Origin: Mobula hypostoma
Taxonomy: Eukaryota
Assembly (NCBI RefSeq): GCF_963921235.1
Contig: NC_086097.1
Coordinates: 205,470,001 to 205,534,000 of the forward strand
Reading direction: 5' to 3'
DNA length: 64,000 bases
Shown: positions 51,280 through 64,000 of the stretch, one piece after another
Position numbering within the stretch: the first letter of the stretch is position 1
Layout of the letters: every line of letters starts with the position of its first letter
The notes under the pieces: generated by a model
Database searches by the model: none
What the model was told of the DNA's origin: nothing
The model's input: only the letters and a program-made list of their open reading frames with translations
Made by a program: the position numbers and the translations under genes

Positions 51280-51762
51280 TAGGAAAGATAGGAAGGTAGG
51301 TAAAGGGGGTGGTATGGCCCTGATGGTAAGCAACAATATCAAATCACTAGAAAGAAGGGACATAGGATCAGAAGAGGTAGAATCCTTATGGGTCGAGTTA
51401 AGAAATGGCAAGGGTAAAAAGTCACTAATAGCAGTTATGTACAGGCCTCCAAACAGCAGCTGGGATGTGGACTACAAGTTACAGCCGGAAATAGAAAAAG
51501 CATGTCAGAAGGAAAACGTCAGGATAATTATGGGGGATTTTAATATGAAAGTGGATTGGGAAAGTCAGGAAGGTACTGGGTCTGAGAAGAAGGAGTTTGT
51601 GTGTTTGTAGAATGCCTACAGGATGGCTTTTTAGAGCAGCTTGTCCATAATCCCACCAGGGGATTGGCTGTTTTGGACTGGGCGCTGTGTAATGAACCTG
51701 AGGCAATTAGGGAGCTGGAGGTAATGGAACCCCTTGGAAGTAGTGATCATAGTATGCTTGAG

Positions 51763-52876
51763 ACAACAGGAATTCCGCAGAAAGGGGCTTCCCTTCCTCC
51801 ACCATCAACTCTGCTCTCAAACGCATCTCCCCCGTTTCACGCACATCTGCTCTCACTCCATCCTCCCGCCACACCACTAGGAATAGAGTTCCCCTGGTCC
51901 TCACCTACCACCCCACCAGCCTCCGGGTCCAACATACTATCCTCCGTAACTTCTGCCACCTCCAACAGGATCCCACCACTAAGCACATCTTTCCCTTCCC
52001 TCCCCCCACTTTCCGCAGGAATCGCTCCCTACGCGACTCCCTTGTCCATTCGTCCCCCCCCATCCCTCCCCACTGATCTCCCTCCTGGCACTTATCCTTG
52101 TAAGTGCTACATGTGCCCTTACACTTCCTCCCTTACCAACATTCAGGGACCCAGACAGTCCTTCCAGGTGAGGCGACACTTCACGTGTGAGTCGGCTGGG
52201 GTGATATACTGCGTCCGGTGCTCCCGATGTGGACTTCTATATATTGGCGAGACCCGACGCAGACTGGGAGACCGCTTTGCTGAACATCTACACTCTGTCC
52301 GCCAGAGAAAGCAGGATCTCCCAGTGGCCACACATTTTAATTCCACATCCCATTCCTATTCTGACATGTCTATCCACGGCCTCCTCTACTGTAAAGATGA
52401 AGCCACACTCAGGTTGGAGGAACAACACCTTATATTCCGTCTGGGTAGCCTCCAACCTGATGGCATGAACATCGACTTCTCTAACTTCCGCTAAGGCCCC
52501 ACCTCCCCCTCGTACCCCATCTGTTACTTATTTTTATGCACACATTCTTTCTCTCACTCTCCTGTTTCTCCCTCTGTCCCTCTGAATATACCTCTTGCCC
52601 ATCCTCTGGGTTCCCCCCCCCCCCTTGTCTTTCTTCCCGGACCTCCTGTCCCATGATCCTCTCACATCCCCTTTGCCAATCACCTGCCCAGCTCTTGGCT
52701 CCATCCCTCCCCCTCCTGTCTTCTCCTATCATTTTGGATATCCCCCTCCCCCTCCCACTTTCCAATCTCTTACTAACTTCCTTCAATTAGTCCTGACGTA
52801 GGGTCTCGGCCTGAAACGTCGACTGTACCTCTTCCTAGAGATGCTGCCTGCCCTGCTGCTCTTACCAGCAACTTTG
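51763..52876 (+). mobile_element. 5'-truncated Penelope element (open GIY-YIG domain plus pLTR) inside the CR1
   Basis: GVIYCVRCSRCGLLYIGETRRRLGDRFAEH; 14-bp TSD with 2 mismatches (51749-51762, 52877-52890); hammerhead-like motif at 52788-52825. Confidence 0.9.
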
Positions 52877-55389
52877 ATAATATGATTGAGTTCAGTTTCA
52901 AATTTGAAAAGGAGAAGCTGGTATCAGGTGTATCGATATTCAGTGGAACAAAGGAAATTACAGTAGTATGAGAGAGGAACTGGCCCAAGTCGATTGGAAA
53001 AGTAACCTAGATGGAGGGACGGTAGAGCAGAATTGGATGAAATTCCTACAAGAAATAAGGAAAGTGCAGGAAAAATATATTCCAAGAAAAAAGAAAATCA
53101 TGAATGGAAAAATGGCACAAATGTGGCTAACGAGAGAGGTTAAGGCTAAAATAAAAGCAAAAGTGACGGCGTACAAGCAAAAATTAGTGGGAAAACTGAG
53201 GACTGGATGACTCTTTAAAAACTTATGGAAGGAAACTAAGAAAGTCATTAGGAAAGAAAAGATGAATTATGAAAGGAAGTTGGCAATTAACATAAAAAGG
53301 ATACTAAGAGTTTTTTTTAACTATATGAAGAGTAAAAGACTGACACTGGTAGATATAGGACGGATTGAAAATGATGCTGGAGAAATTATAATGGGTAACA
53401 AAGAGATGGCAGAGGAACTAAATGAGTATTTTGCATCAGTCTTCACAGTGGAAGACGTTAGCAACATACCTGATAGCCAGAGGTCTCAGGGAATAGAATT
53501 AAGTACTGTCAAGATTACTAGAGAGGAAGTGCTTGGGAAGCTAAATGGACTAAGAATAGATAAATCTCTTGGACCGGATGAGGTGCACCTACGGGTTCTG
53601 AAGGAGGTGGCTTTAGAGATTGTGGAGGCATTGGAGATGATCTTCCAGGAATCAATAGACTCTGGCATGGTTCCGGAGGACTGGAATTTCACAAATGTAG
53701 TTCCGCTGTTTAAGAAAGGAGGGTGGCAGCAAAAAGAAAATTACAGACCTATTAGTCTGACATGGGTAGTTGGAAAGTTATTGGAGTCGATCCTCAAGGA
53801 CGTGGTTATGAAATACCTCGAGGTGCAGGACAAGATAGGCTCAAGCCAGCATGGTTTCATGAGGGGTAGATCCTGCCTCACCAACCTATTGGAATTTTTT
53901 GAGGTGATCTCAAATAAGATTGACAGGTGAGAGGCTGTGGAAGTTGTGTATTTGGATTTTCAAAATGCCTTCGATAAGGTGCCACATAAGAGGCTGCTTA
54001 ATAAGATGAGAGCCCATGGAATTATAAGATATTGGAATAGGTGGAGCATTGGGGGATAGGCAGAACGCAAAGGATGGGAATAAAGGGATCCTATTCTGAT
54101 TGGTTGCCGGTTACTAGTGGTGTTCCGCAGGGGTCGGTGTTGGGGCCGCTTCTTTTTACAATGTATATCAATGATTTAGATTATGGATTAAATGTTTTTG
54201 TGGCTAATTTTGCAGATGACACCAAGGTAGGCGGAGGAGCAGGAAGTGTTGAAGAAACGGAAAGGTTGCAGAGAGTCTTGGTCAGTTTAGGAGAGTGGGC
54301 AAAGAAATGGCAGATGAGATACAACGTTGAGAAATGTACAGTTGTACATTTTGGAAGAAGAAATAATCGGGCAGATTATTATTTAGATGGGGAGAAAATT
54401 CAAAAATTGGAGGTGCAAAGGGACCTGGGGGTCCTCGTGCAGGATACCCGAAAGGTTAACCACCAGGTTGGATCGGCAGTAAGAAAAGTGAATGCTATAT
54501 TGGCATTCATTTCAAGAGGAATAGTGTATAAGAGTAAGGAGGTGTTGATGAGGCTCTATGGGGCACTGGTGAGACCTCATTTGGAATACTGTATGCAGTT
54601 TTGGGCCCCCTATCTTAGAAGGGATGTACTGATGTTGGAGAGAGTTCAGAGAAGATTTATGAGGATGATTCTTGGAATGCAGGGGCTAAGATATGAGGAG
54701 TGTTTGTCAGCTCTTGTATTCATTATAGAAGAATGAGAGGGGATCTCACAGAAACATTTGGAATGTTGAAAAGGTTGGACAGAGTAGATGTGGAAAGGCT
54801 GTTTCCCATGGTGGATGAGTCCAGGACAAGAGGCCACAGTCTTAGAATTAGAGGGTACCCATCTAAAACAGAGATGAGGAGAAATTTTTTTAGCCAGAGG
54901 GTCGTGGATTTATGGAATTCGTTGCCACATACAGCTGTGGAGGCCCAATCATTGAGCGTGTTTAAGGAGGAGATTGACATGTATCTAATTAGTCAGGGTA
55001 TCAAGGGATATGGGGAAAACGCCGGAAATTGGAACTAGATGCGTGAATAGTTTAGCTCATGGGGGAGCTGCAGAGCAGACTCGATGGGCCAAATGGCCTA
55101 CTTCTGCTCCTTTGTCTTGTGATCTTGTGAAATGAATTTGACAAACTGCACCAGAATATGGACCCAGGAAAAGCACAGGTTTGTCTAAGCTTTGAGGACC
55201 TTGGTTTGGTCTCAGCAACAACCGTTCTATTTAGCTAGTCACATGCTTTGCATTTTTGTGATGTAATCCTCGTTTTCACCACGAGTAGGATGGGAACTTC
55301 TGTGCGTAAGCAAGCAGTAACACAAACGGAATAAAAGGAAAAATCAATATCGGTGCAATTTCTGGGTGGGAACCCCTAGTTGTACTCCT

Positions 55390-56400
55390 CAAGATTGCCA
55401 TTTGTTTCTTGCTATGCACCTCCTTCTTGTTCTTAACCAAGACCTCAGTACCCCTCACAAACCAAAGTTCCCTAAAGCTGTTAGCCTTGCCTTTTATTCC
55501 AACAGAAACATACAAACTCCGTACTCTCGGTTTCACTTTTGAAGGCCTCCAAATTACCACGCACCCCTTTGCCAGAAAACAACCTATCCCAAACCACACT
55601 TGCCAAACCCTTTCTACTGCTATCAAAATTGGCCTTTCTCCAATTCAGAAAGTGAACCTGAGGACCTGTCTTATCTAGGCAGTTAGTGTAATGCTGCTAC
55701 AGTGCCAGAGACCTTGGTTCATTTCATGCTGCCGTTTGAAAGAATTTTATATGATCTCCCCATGACTGCATGGGTGTCCTCTGGGTGCTCCAGTTTTTGC
55801 TCACATTCCAAAGACGTACAGGTTAATAGATTAATTGGTCACATACATGTAACTGGGCAGCATGGGCACACTTGTCTGGAAGGGCCTGTTAGCGTGCAAA
55901 CTCACTAAATAAAACTATCTTTCTCCATAATTATGTTGAAACTAACAGAATTATGATCACTAGTGTTCCCATATAAACACCTCTGTTACCTGCCCAGTCT
56001 CAATCCAAGTACTCTGTCTAGCTGAGATCTCTATATACTGATTAAGGAAACTTTCCTGAAGATGTTTGACAAACTCTATCCTATCCAATCCTTTTGAAGT
56101 ATGGGGGTGCCAATCAATATGTGGAAAGTTAAAATCACCTACTCCTACAACCCTTTTTTTTTCTTGCAACTCTGTTATTTCTCAGAAAGTTTACTCCTCT
56201 AAATCCCACCGACTATTGGGTGGTCTATCATATAATCTTATTTATGTGGTGATCCATTTCTTATTCCTCAGTTCTACCCATATAACTCCAGTAGACCAGC
56301 TCTCCAGTCTGTCCTGTCAGCACACTGTCGTGACATTTTTGTTGTCTAGTAATACCACCTCTCTCCATTTAATACCCCTCCTCCTCCATCACATGCATTA
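55390..56400 (-). mobile_element. CR1 endonuclease/linker fragment
   Basis: VGDFNFPHIDW..EFVKHLQESFLNQY peptide. Confidence 0.8.
55680..55910 (+). mobile_element. V-SINE (HE1-like) degraded copy
   Basis: tRNA-like head, then ctccccatgactgcatgggtgtcctctgggtgctccagt..cacattccaaagacgtac resembling the V-domain. Confidence 0.7.
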
Positions 56401-56419
56401 CTTTGCTGGCTAATCATAT

Positions 56420-57065
56420 GGCTGAGGCCTCCCTCGTCAGTCCCATTCTTGCACGGTCACTCAGTTTTTGGGGATAACCTACTCTAGGCAGATACACAAC
56501 TGTGCCATATTCTCTCCATTGCTTGATGATTGACTTAACTTGTACTCCAAGGGATATTAAGTGACTTGGAAATTTCTTTGCATTCATCTACTGACTTGTG
56601 TTTTTCAATTACTTTTTCATGGAGTTGCTTTGAGTGTTCTTTTGTCTTCATGGTGTAGTTTTTGGCAGGATACTGACTCACCAACAATTGGACCTTCCAG
56701 ATACAAATGTATTTTTACAACAATCAATTGAAACCCTTGATTGCACACAGGTCTCCAAAAACAGATCTCTATTTAACTAATTATGTGACTTCTAAAACTA
56801 ATTGACTGCACAAGTGATGACTTGGTGTGTCATACTAAGGGGGGAGGGGGTGAATGCTTATGCAATCAATTATTTTGTGTTTTATATTTGTAATTTATTT
56901 AGATCACTTTGTAAAGATCTGTTTTCACTTTGATACGAACGAGTCTTTTTCTGTTGATCTCTGTCAAAAAAAAACAAATTAATTCCACTGTGATGTAATG
57001 TTGTAAAACCATAAAAGATGAAAACTTCTTGGGGGGGGGGCGGTGAATACCTTTTATAGGCACTG
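56420..57065 (-). mobile_element. Tc1 transposon 5' fragment
   Basis: TIR CAGTGCCTATAAAAGGTATTCAC flanked by TA at 57066; from ATG 56651 (-) MKTKEHSKQL..KEISKSLNIPWST/VKSIIKQW paired-like HTH. Confidence 0.85.
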
Positions 57066-57450
57066 TACAGTCGCTGTCGTGCCTTCTTGATATTTGCATC
57101 AATATGTGGCACCCAGGATAGATCCTTAGGGTTGTTGATACCAAGAAACCTAAAACTGCTCAAGCTTTCCACTTTTGATCCCTCGATGAGGACAGTTGTG
57201 TTTCCTCGACTGGCCCCTTCTGAAACCCTTAATCATTTGCTTGGTCTTACTGACAATGAATGCAAGATTGTTCCTGCAACACCACTCAACTACCTATTAT
57301 TCTGTACCTCCTTGTCACCATCTGAATTTCTGCCAACAAAAGTTGTGTCGTCAGCAAATTTATAAATAACATTTGAATTGTGCCTAGCCACACAATCATG
57401 GGTAGAGCAGTGGGATAAGCAAGCATCCTTGAGGTGCACCAGTGTTGAGC
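57066..57450 (-). mobile_element. Rex1/Babar-like RT fragment
   Basis: [16 protein letters not shown] and FRFLGI peptides. Confidence 0.8.
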
Positions 57451-58246
57451 CGGTTATGACTGTGTCAAGGCCTTGTATTCTATTGCGTGCTGATATTGTT
57501 GTTAAAGTGGTTGATATGATGAAACATGGCGATGCATGCTCTCCAGAATACTTCCAAAAGGAGATTTTACGTTCCAATTTTCTTTCATTTTGTAGTTTAT
57601 TTTTTTCCCCTTGCTGAGAAATGACTCAATATATTTCAGGCCTAAGAGTCTTTCCTTTCAGCTGTGAGGATTGACATTAAAGATTATTAGGCTGCTTGAT
57701 CCTACAGGGAATTACAACAAAGCTGATGTTGTCCTAAACTGGCAATTGCACTCGCACATTTCCAGCAGATGTCACTGAAAAGCAGTCATAAGCAATCAGT
57801 GCCTGTTTTTTTTCAGTTACATAGTCCAGCATCCGAAGGCCAATGTGATTAGTGGGGTACTAACAAACTCAGCACAGACTGGAAATTGGTTATAAAATCA
57901 CTTGGTTTACACAATTCAATATCTAAACTAATATCTAAACTACTCAGGCAATGGGAGAAGCAGCTAAAGGTAAAAAAAAAACACAATGCTGATTAATAAT
58001 ATTTGTTTTCTTAAAAGTGAAATCCAGAACTTACTTGAAGTGTTTTAAAATTATTTATACAACTAACTTTACAGCAGTTAAGTGCACACATTTAGTCTGC
58101 TTGGTTAAATTCTCACAAAGAAAAAGATATTGAATTACTTGCTACATATAATTATTTTTCATTCAAGTTCCTGGTGATGTACAAAACTAAATAGACGTTT
58201 CTTCTGACAATGTTCAAATGGACATAACAATACTCTATAGAAACCG

Positions 58247-58260
58247 GTTACCATAGCAAT
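58247..58260 (+). promoter_or_regulatory. Candidate RFX X-box
   Basis: GTTACCATAGCAAT, one base off the GTTRCCATRGYAAC consensus, in non-repeat DNA. Confidence 0.3.
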
Positions 58261-58386
58261 GAAAAATAAATCTTGGCAAGCAAGTTCACTTCCATGGAAG
58301 CTAATGGTTGCTGACAAAGATATTTAATCCTGTGATTGTTCAATTTCTCTAGAAGCAGAATATTCTTACAAGAATTATTTCTATAA

Positions 58387-59136
58387 TACAAGTACAGAAA
58401 TGATATCACTTAAGAAGGAAATGGAGTTGTGTTCCAATGGATGAGTTCTTAACAATTATTTCCAAAACAATTTCAGTTATTACTTAGTTCCAACATCATA
58501 AATATATCTACGGAATAAATTCTTGATCTACAATATAGAAATAAATGAACCATTGAACTAGTTAATAATACAGTTTACACAAAACTATCTGATGAAATTA
58601 CTGAATATTCAATATTTTGCACATTTCGCTTGAAATGGAGTTGTTTTATCACTAGTGAATAGTATCAAATGTTGGGCAATCATGAGAAAACATCTATAAT
58701 AATTACGGACATGTCGTTGGTGAAGAAACTGAAAATAACTGGAGCTAGGAGAATATTCTCAGCAACGTTATGTCGTCTCTGGAATCTGGATTTTTATTTT
58801 GATTCTGATGTAATGCAAGATCTGATTGATAGTCACAATGAGTCATTTTGTTTCAATGAATACCAGATTTATATTCAAAATTTGCAGGGCATTTTACAAC
58901 TTAGAGAAAATGATTATGTTTGAGGTTCTGCTTATGTCCAATATTTTCCTGTTAAAAATGTTCTACTATCTTCAAGAAATCGCAGAGTGAGAACTGTTGC
59001 AAGTGGTGCCATACTTTCAGATAGTAACATAAAACTTAACAGTAAAGGCTTAAGATTTGCACTGCTTACTACTTATCTAATAGCTGAAACAAGGTTAAGC
59101 AACACATCTGTTGTTTTCCTCTACAATCATCTATAG
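58387..59136 (+). pseudogene. Decayed reading frame of unknown origin
   Basis: One frame runs ~250 codons with 6 internal stops, only 2 of them in the last 195 codons, in AT-rich non-repeat DNA. Confidence 0.35.
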
Positions 59137-59515
59137 ACACTAAAAAAAATTCTGCTCTTTCTCTGTCAGGAGGTCTAAATGACTGATGCTGATTGCAGGG
59201 TTATAAAGTCTGGGTGTGCTGAAGCTACCTCTTATGAATCAACAAGTTCATAATGACTTGTTTGTGAAATGGAAGTGCTAATGTACTGAAGTGAAGTTTG
59301 CTCCTATAACACTGTAGATCAGTTATTTGTTTGGGAGCAATTTTTAAAAGAAATATGAATTACACATCTCGTAAATATAAACCAATGATCTTGTGTTGGT
59401 AAAGTTACTAAGTTAAGTTTATTTCAAATTTCACCTGAGTCATTTTCAAGTATAAACAAAGAAAATGTTGAGTATTTCATGGCTGCTCTGTAACGCAATT
59501 CTCAGTATCACATAC

Positions 59516-59762
59516 ACAAATTCCCATGGTTACTGTCAATAAAATATCTGGATTCTGAAACATGATGCATATATAATGCCATACAATTAAAACAGCCGAC
59601 TATAGCCCCAGCATGGTCAAAATCAAAAAGAGAGGAGAAAAAAGAAATCATAATCTCATCTCTAATTGTTGGCAACAGCATTGATTCAGGGATCATCATA
59701 ATGTACATAGTTAGTGTCAAAATGCAGAGAATTTCACTGATGTTAGTAACAGATTTTATGAT
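59516..59762 (-). CDS. Possible internal coding exon (hydrophobic peptide), host gene unknown
   Basis: aaacag| acceptor, |gtatgt donor, 247 nt open: IIKSVTNISEILCILTLTMYIMMIP...FIDSNHGNL. Confidence 0.35.
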
Positions 59763-60699
59763 CTGTTTAAATTTGAATGTGAAAAGGGTACTAGAATGAA
59801 GTTTTCTGGAATTATGTCTAAACTGTGATTTTTCAAATCGCAGTTCTAATTCTGCTTTCTTTCTGTTCCATTCTTGCACACACCTGACAATTGACAATTA
59901 TTTTTAGTTTGTCTCCCTCCTTTTCCTGAAACATCCTTTTTATTTTAACTTCTTTTTTAAATATACCGTGTGTGCATCTTTGAATACAAAACATAACACC
60001 AAACATAAATGTGAATCAATCATCGGAATCATAGACTAATATTTTGGGAAAGATTTTTTAGTAGTCAGTACCAGTTCATTCTTTTTAACATTAATAACAA
60101 AAGTTTGAAGCAGAAAAGGAAGTGATACAATTCTGTTGAAATTGATGGTACTCTGGATTAGAGTAATATGGGAGATGGATGGCAGAAAAGAGAAAAAGGA
60201 GGCCAGTTATTATACTGAGCCATGGAAACTACTATTTACAAAATGAGAGAGCCAGCAAATAGTTTTTGGTGGGATTGATGTAAAGAAAATCACAAAAGTG
60301 GTGAGTGCAGAATACTAAATTGAAGGACTCCAGTGTAATGGGACAGACACAATGGGTTGAATGGCGTAAATGTGCTCCTATGTCTTAGGGTCTTATAAAC
60401 TAGCCTCAGATGATTGCGATTTCACTTCAGCCCGACTGATGCCAATCAAGCTGCACTGAACAGTTTACGGCACAAAGCTACTACATTCATTGATAGATGG
60501 TCAAATGTGCATTGTTAATAAGGTGTCAGATAGATGATGAAGTTCTTGTAGTAGTATACAAAATAAAAGGATTTTTTTGAGATTTTGATAACTGATTGTT
60601 GCAGTGATCCAAAAAATTGTCACTTTTTCAAGCCCAATCCTTTGAAATCCTGAGGTAATAAATCAAATATTTCAAATTTAGAATATTATCATTGATTAC

Positions 60700-62250
60700 A
60701 GGGGGATGTTGATCAGTTAGGAAGTGGACCAAGGAGTGGCAAATGGATTTCAATACAGATAACTGTGTGATGATGCATTGTGGAAGTCAAACCACCGTAG
60801 GATGTGTACAATAAATGGTAGACATTAGGGTGTGTAATGGAAGGAGGGACCTTGAATTACCAGTGCAAGGTCATTGAAAGCAATGTCAGGTTGAAGTTCA
60901 AATTCAAGTTCAGCTGTCTCCATGAATACAGCAAGCAGATCAACATTACTCCAGGACTAAGGTGCACCACACAGTTCCAACAGTCATGCAGAGGCACACA
61001 GAGCACATATAAAACAGCCGTAAAATACCTTCATAAAAAAAATATATAGTTGAAGTCCCTGAGTCCATGAATGTTGAGGTAGTCTGCAGGTGAAAACAAT
61101 ACACCCTGTCTTCTGCCAAGTAAACACTAGAGAGCAGCATCAACTCCAGCCAGAACCCCACAGCACACTGCCTCCAGCACTTCGGTGGAGTGCACCAACT
61201 CCAACGCCTCTCTCCTGGATGGCTGCAAACAGGCGACACTGTAGTCTGAGGCCTAGTCCTTGCTATCGGGCAATCAGCATTCCACATTAATAATGTCCAA
61301 AAGGGCCTTGCAATCACAGGAAAAGTGACTACACAGCTACTTGGTACGCCCGCCCAGATGCCTCTCTGGCGCAGGCAGCAGCATGATCTGCACTGTCCAA
61401 CTCCTTCAGTTTGTCTGCAAATGAGCAACTCGCTGATGGAGTAGACCTGTAATACTTTATGTTCTTAATCTCCAACAGGATCTTGCTATCATAAAAGATT
61501 TTCTTAAAAGAGACAATACCACCTTTGTTTGGCCCTGTAGAAATCATTGTGTACAAGCACACTGCCACCTTACTGGAAGTGTCACAGGTAGCTATGTGGT
61601 AAAAAAAAATCTGCTTAGCATGCTGGTCTGCATTAGTCAGGGCACTGAGTACGATGAGTAAAGGAGTTGAGACATTATTTTGCAGTTCTTACAATTGTTG
61701 GTGAGACCACAGTTGGAGTACTATGTTGGGTTTTGCTCACCCTATTATAGAAAAAGTGTGGTTAATCTGGAAAGAATGCAAAAAAGATTTACAAAGGATG
61801 TTGCCAGGACTAGAGGACCTGTGTTATAGGGAGCGATTGGCTAGGCTAAGTCTATATAACTAGGAGTGATCTTCTAGAGGTTTATAATATCATGAGGGAC
61901 ATAGATAAGGTGAATAGTAATAGTCTTTTCCCCAGGGCAAGAGAGTCCAAATCTAAGGCATAAATTTAGGATGAGGGCATAAAAATTTGAAAGGAATTTG
62001 AAGATGTCTGTTTTCTCAGAGGGTGGTGAATATACGGATCAAGCAGACAGAGGAAATGGTTGATCCAGGTACAATTGTATTATTTAAGAAGCACTTGGAT
62101 AGGTTCATGCGGGGGGGGGTGGGTTGCGCAGGTTAAGAGGGATATAGGCTGGGCACAGGAATTTGGGACTAAATGGGTTGGTGCCATGATTGGCTTGGGT
62201 TTGATGGGCCAAAGGGCTTGTATTCATGTTGTATTACTCTATGATACTGA
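60700..62250 (+). mobile_element. Degraded CR1 3' half with a ~690-bp non-coding insertion at ~60891-61580
   Basis: CR1-like ttggtgagaccacagttggagtac segment; the insert has a (TTGAAY)-like tail and CACTTCCAGTAAGGTGGC head on the minus strand. Confidence 0.7.
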
Positions 62251-62637
62251 GCAAATTCAGTGATTTCAGAGAAGTGGCTTGGTCATGTCAACTCAATTAC
62301 AGGTATAAAATCAGTTCAATAAAGTCTAAATATAAGAAAGAAAGTCCTGTGTTCCAAGAATGCTTGAAAATATCAATATCAAAATTGGATTAGAACATCA
62401 AGGTAGGCGATGTAAAACTAGCATTCAGCACACTTCATAAAATAGAGAGGATGCCAACTCCTTGAAAAATACTAGTTTAATCAATTAATAATCTCCACAC
62501 CTCCTTTTTTACAGAATCTTCTTCAGCAATAACTCCAATGTTTGACATTGGAGTATGGTTATTATGTCTTAATCATCTCTTTATATTCTTTTGAAGGTGA
62601 GATTGATTTTGAGTTATTGGCAGGTTGAAAAACAATA

Positions 62638-62751
62638 GACAATAGGTGCAGGAGTAGGCCATTCGGCCCTTTGAGCCAGCACCACCATTCACTGTGATCA
62701 TGGCTGATCATCCACAATCAGTACCCCGTTCCTGCCTTCTCCCCATATCCG
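62638..62751 (-). mobile_element. Very short CR1 3' end
   Basis: Resembles the 3' UTR of the young CR1 (28560-28660); TSD AAACAATA at 62630-62637 and 62752-62759. Confidence 0.8.
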
Positions 62752-64000
62752 AAACAATACTGACATCAGAAATCCTGGCCTAATCTTGACTTAATAAATA
62801 ATATATGTGAATTTCCCTTTTTTTAATATTCTAAAATTAGCCTGTTGACACACCTTAATCCAAGATATTTGTATTATGTGTGCAGATTGCACCCATGCAA
62901 ATACACATGCAACTCCCGCCATGGATGGTTTCAAGCTCGGATGTGAAAGGAGGAGCGTTGAACATGGGGCCAGCAACCCCATCCCATAAAAACCCAGAGC
63001 TACAGAAATGCCAGCAGAAGCTCCGAAGACCTCATTCCTGAGAGAGGAAGAATCTTTGCCTAGACACCTGGAGACAATTTGAAAGGCTGCCCCAGTACTG
63101 AGAACTTATTTCCTATATCATGATTATGTTTCTTTCTCATCATATTTCTCTTGATTCCTCCCTAATTTCCCTACTCATGGTCTTTATCATCTGAGCTCCC
63201 CTTTCTCTACCTCTCCATCACCAACATACTTCTCCCACTGCTTCCATTCACCATTCCTCACAATTTCCTTTCCCACTTCCCTCTTTTGTTCCACCTTCCT
63301 CTCCTATCAAGTCCCATCATCTTCAGCCTTTTGTTACTTCCATCCATTTCCTCCCAGATCCTGGTGTTATTCCCATTCTCCTCTTTCTCCAGATACTTTA
63401 TCACCTGGAGCCACCTATCACCTGCCGGCTCCAACTCCCCCCCTTAATATAGGCTGTCTTCCCTCAATATTTCGGTCTGGATTTCAACTCTGAAATGCTG
63501 ACTGCCTATTTCCTTCCATAGATACACACAAAAAACCTTGGAGAAACTCGGCAACTCAGTTAGCATCCATTGAGGGGAATAAACAGTTTCCGTTTGGGTT
63601 GAGACTCTTTAATGCTGCTTGACTTGCTGAGTTGCTCCAGATTTTTGTTTTTTGAGATTCCAACATTTGCAGCTTCTTGCATTTCCTGTCTTATACCTGT
63701 GGCCTCTCCTTTTGTATCTCACATCGCTCTCCTTAGTTCCTTAAAAACTGGAAACCCTTTACTTCCCAGAGTTCTGAAAAAGAGTCCTGATAATTGAATT
63801 GAAAACACACATGGACTAAGATGTTAAATGTCCTGTGCTATCACCAGTGGGATCATCAGTTGATCTGCCATTTGCCTTCAGGAGTTTCGGCCCGCTTATG
63901 ATCAAGGCTCCCTCGAGGTGGTGGGCCAGCAGTGCTAAAGCACCATCTCCCACTGGTGAGCTTAAAGTCTTGGCATCTGCCTCTATCAGAGTTGTTGGTC

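Larger units (their letters stand above)
50220..55130 (+). mobile_element. Near full-length CR1 (ORF1 SGNH-esterase plus broken ORF2) with two nested insertions
   Basis: ORF 50225..50647 has VGTND, FLDHW and DVLH; YLNARSI, GDFN, QHGF and FADD follow; (TCTTGTGA)n tail. Confidence 0.95.

Noticed and set aside
51601..52494. 297-aa ORF joining CR1 endonuclease to GIY-YIG as a novel fusion gene
   Set aside because: It is an insertion-junction chimera; the middle is an off-frame Penelope translation and the start is a GTG within a broken CR1.

Overview
Repeat-dense vertebrate genomic DNA, intronic or intergenic. The mix of CR1, Rex1/Babar, Penelope, L1, V-SINE and Tc1 elements suggests a cartilaginous fish, probably a ray (inference). 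No host gene is recognisable: there are only a few weak candidate exons and one decayed reading frame of unknown origin. Most of the window is nested transposable elements, and many junctions can be resolved by target-site duplications (TSDs). Highlights: (1) a young CR1 with an intact endonuclease plus reverse transcriptase ORF2, 5'-truncated at the ORF2 start but fused in frame to an ATG supplied by the older CR1 it landed in; (2) a Chapaev3-type DNA transposon with perfect CAC..GTG TIRs and a TTA TSD; (3) Penelope elements and small fold-back derivatives carrying minimal hammerhead-ribozyme motifs; (4) an internally deleted Gypsy element with a tRNA-Trp primer site; (5) a ~620-bp non-coding retroposon family with a YY1-like head and a 3' stem-loop; (6) an inversion-deletion-duplication signature at 720-2015. 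I do not see convincing evidence of a wholly new biological system. Boundaries without a TSD are approximate.
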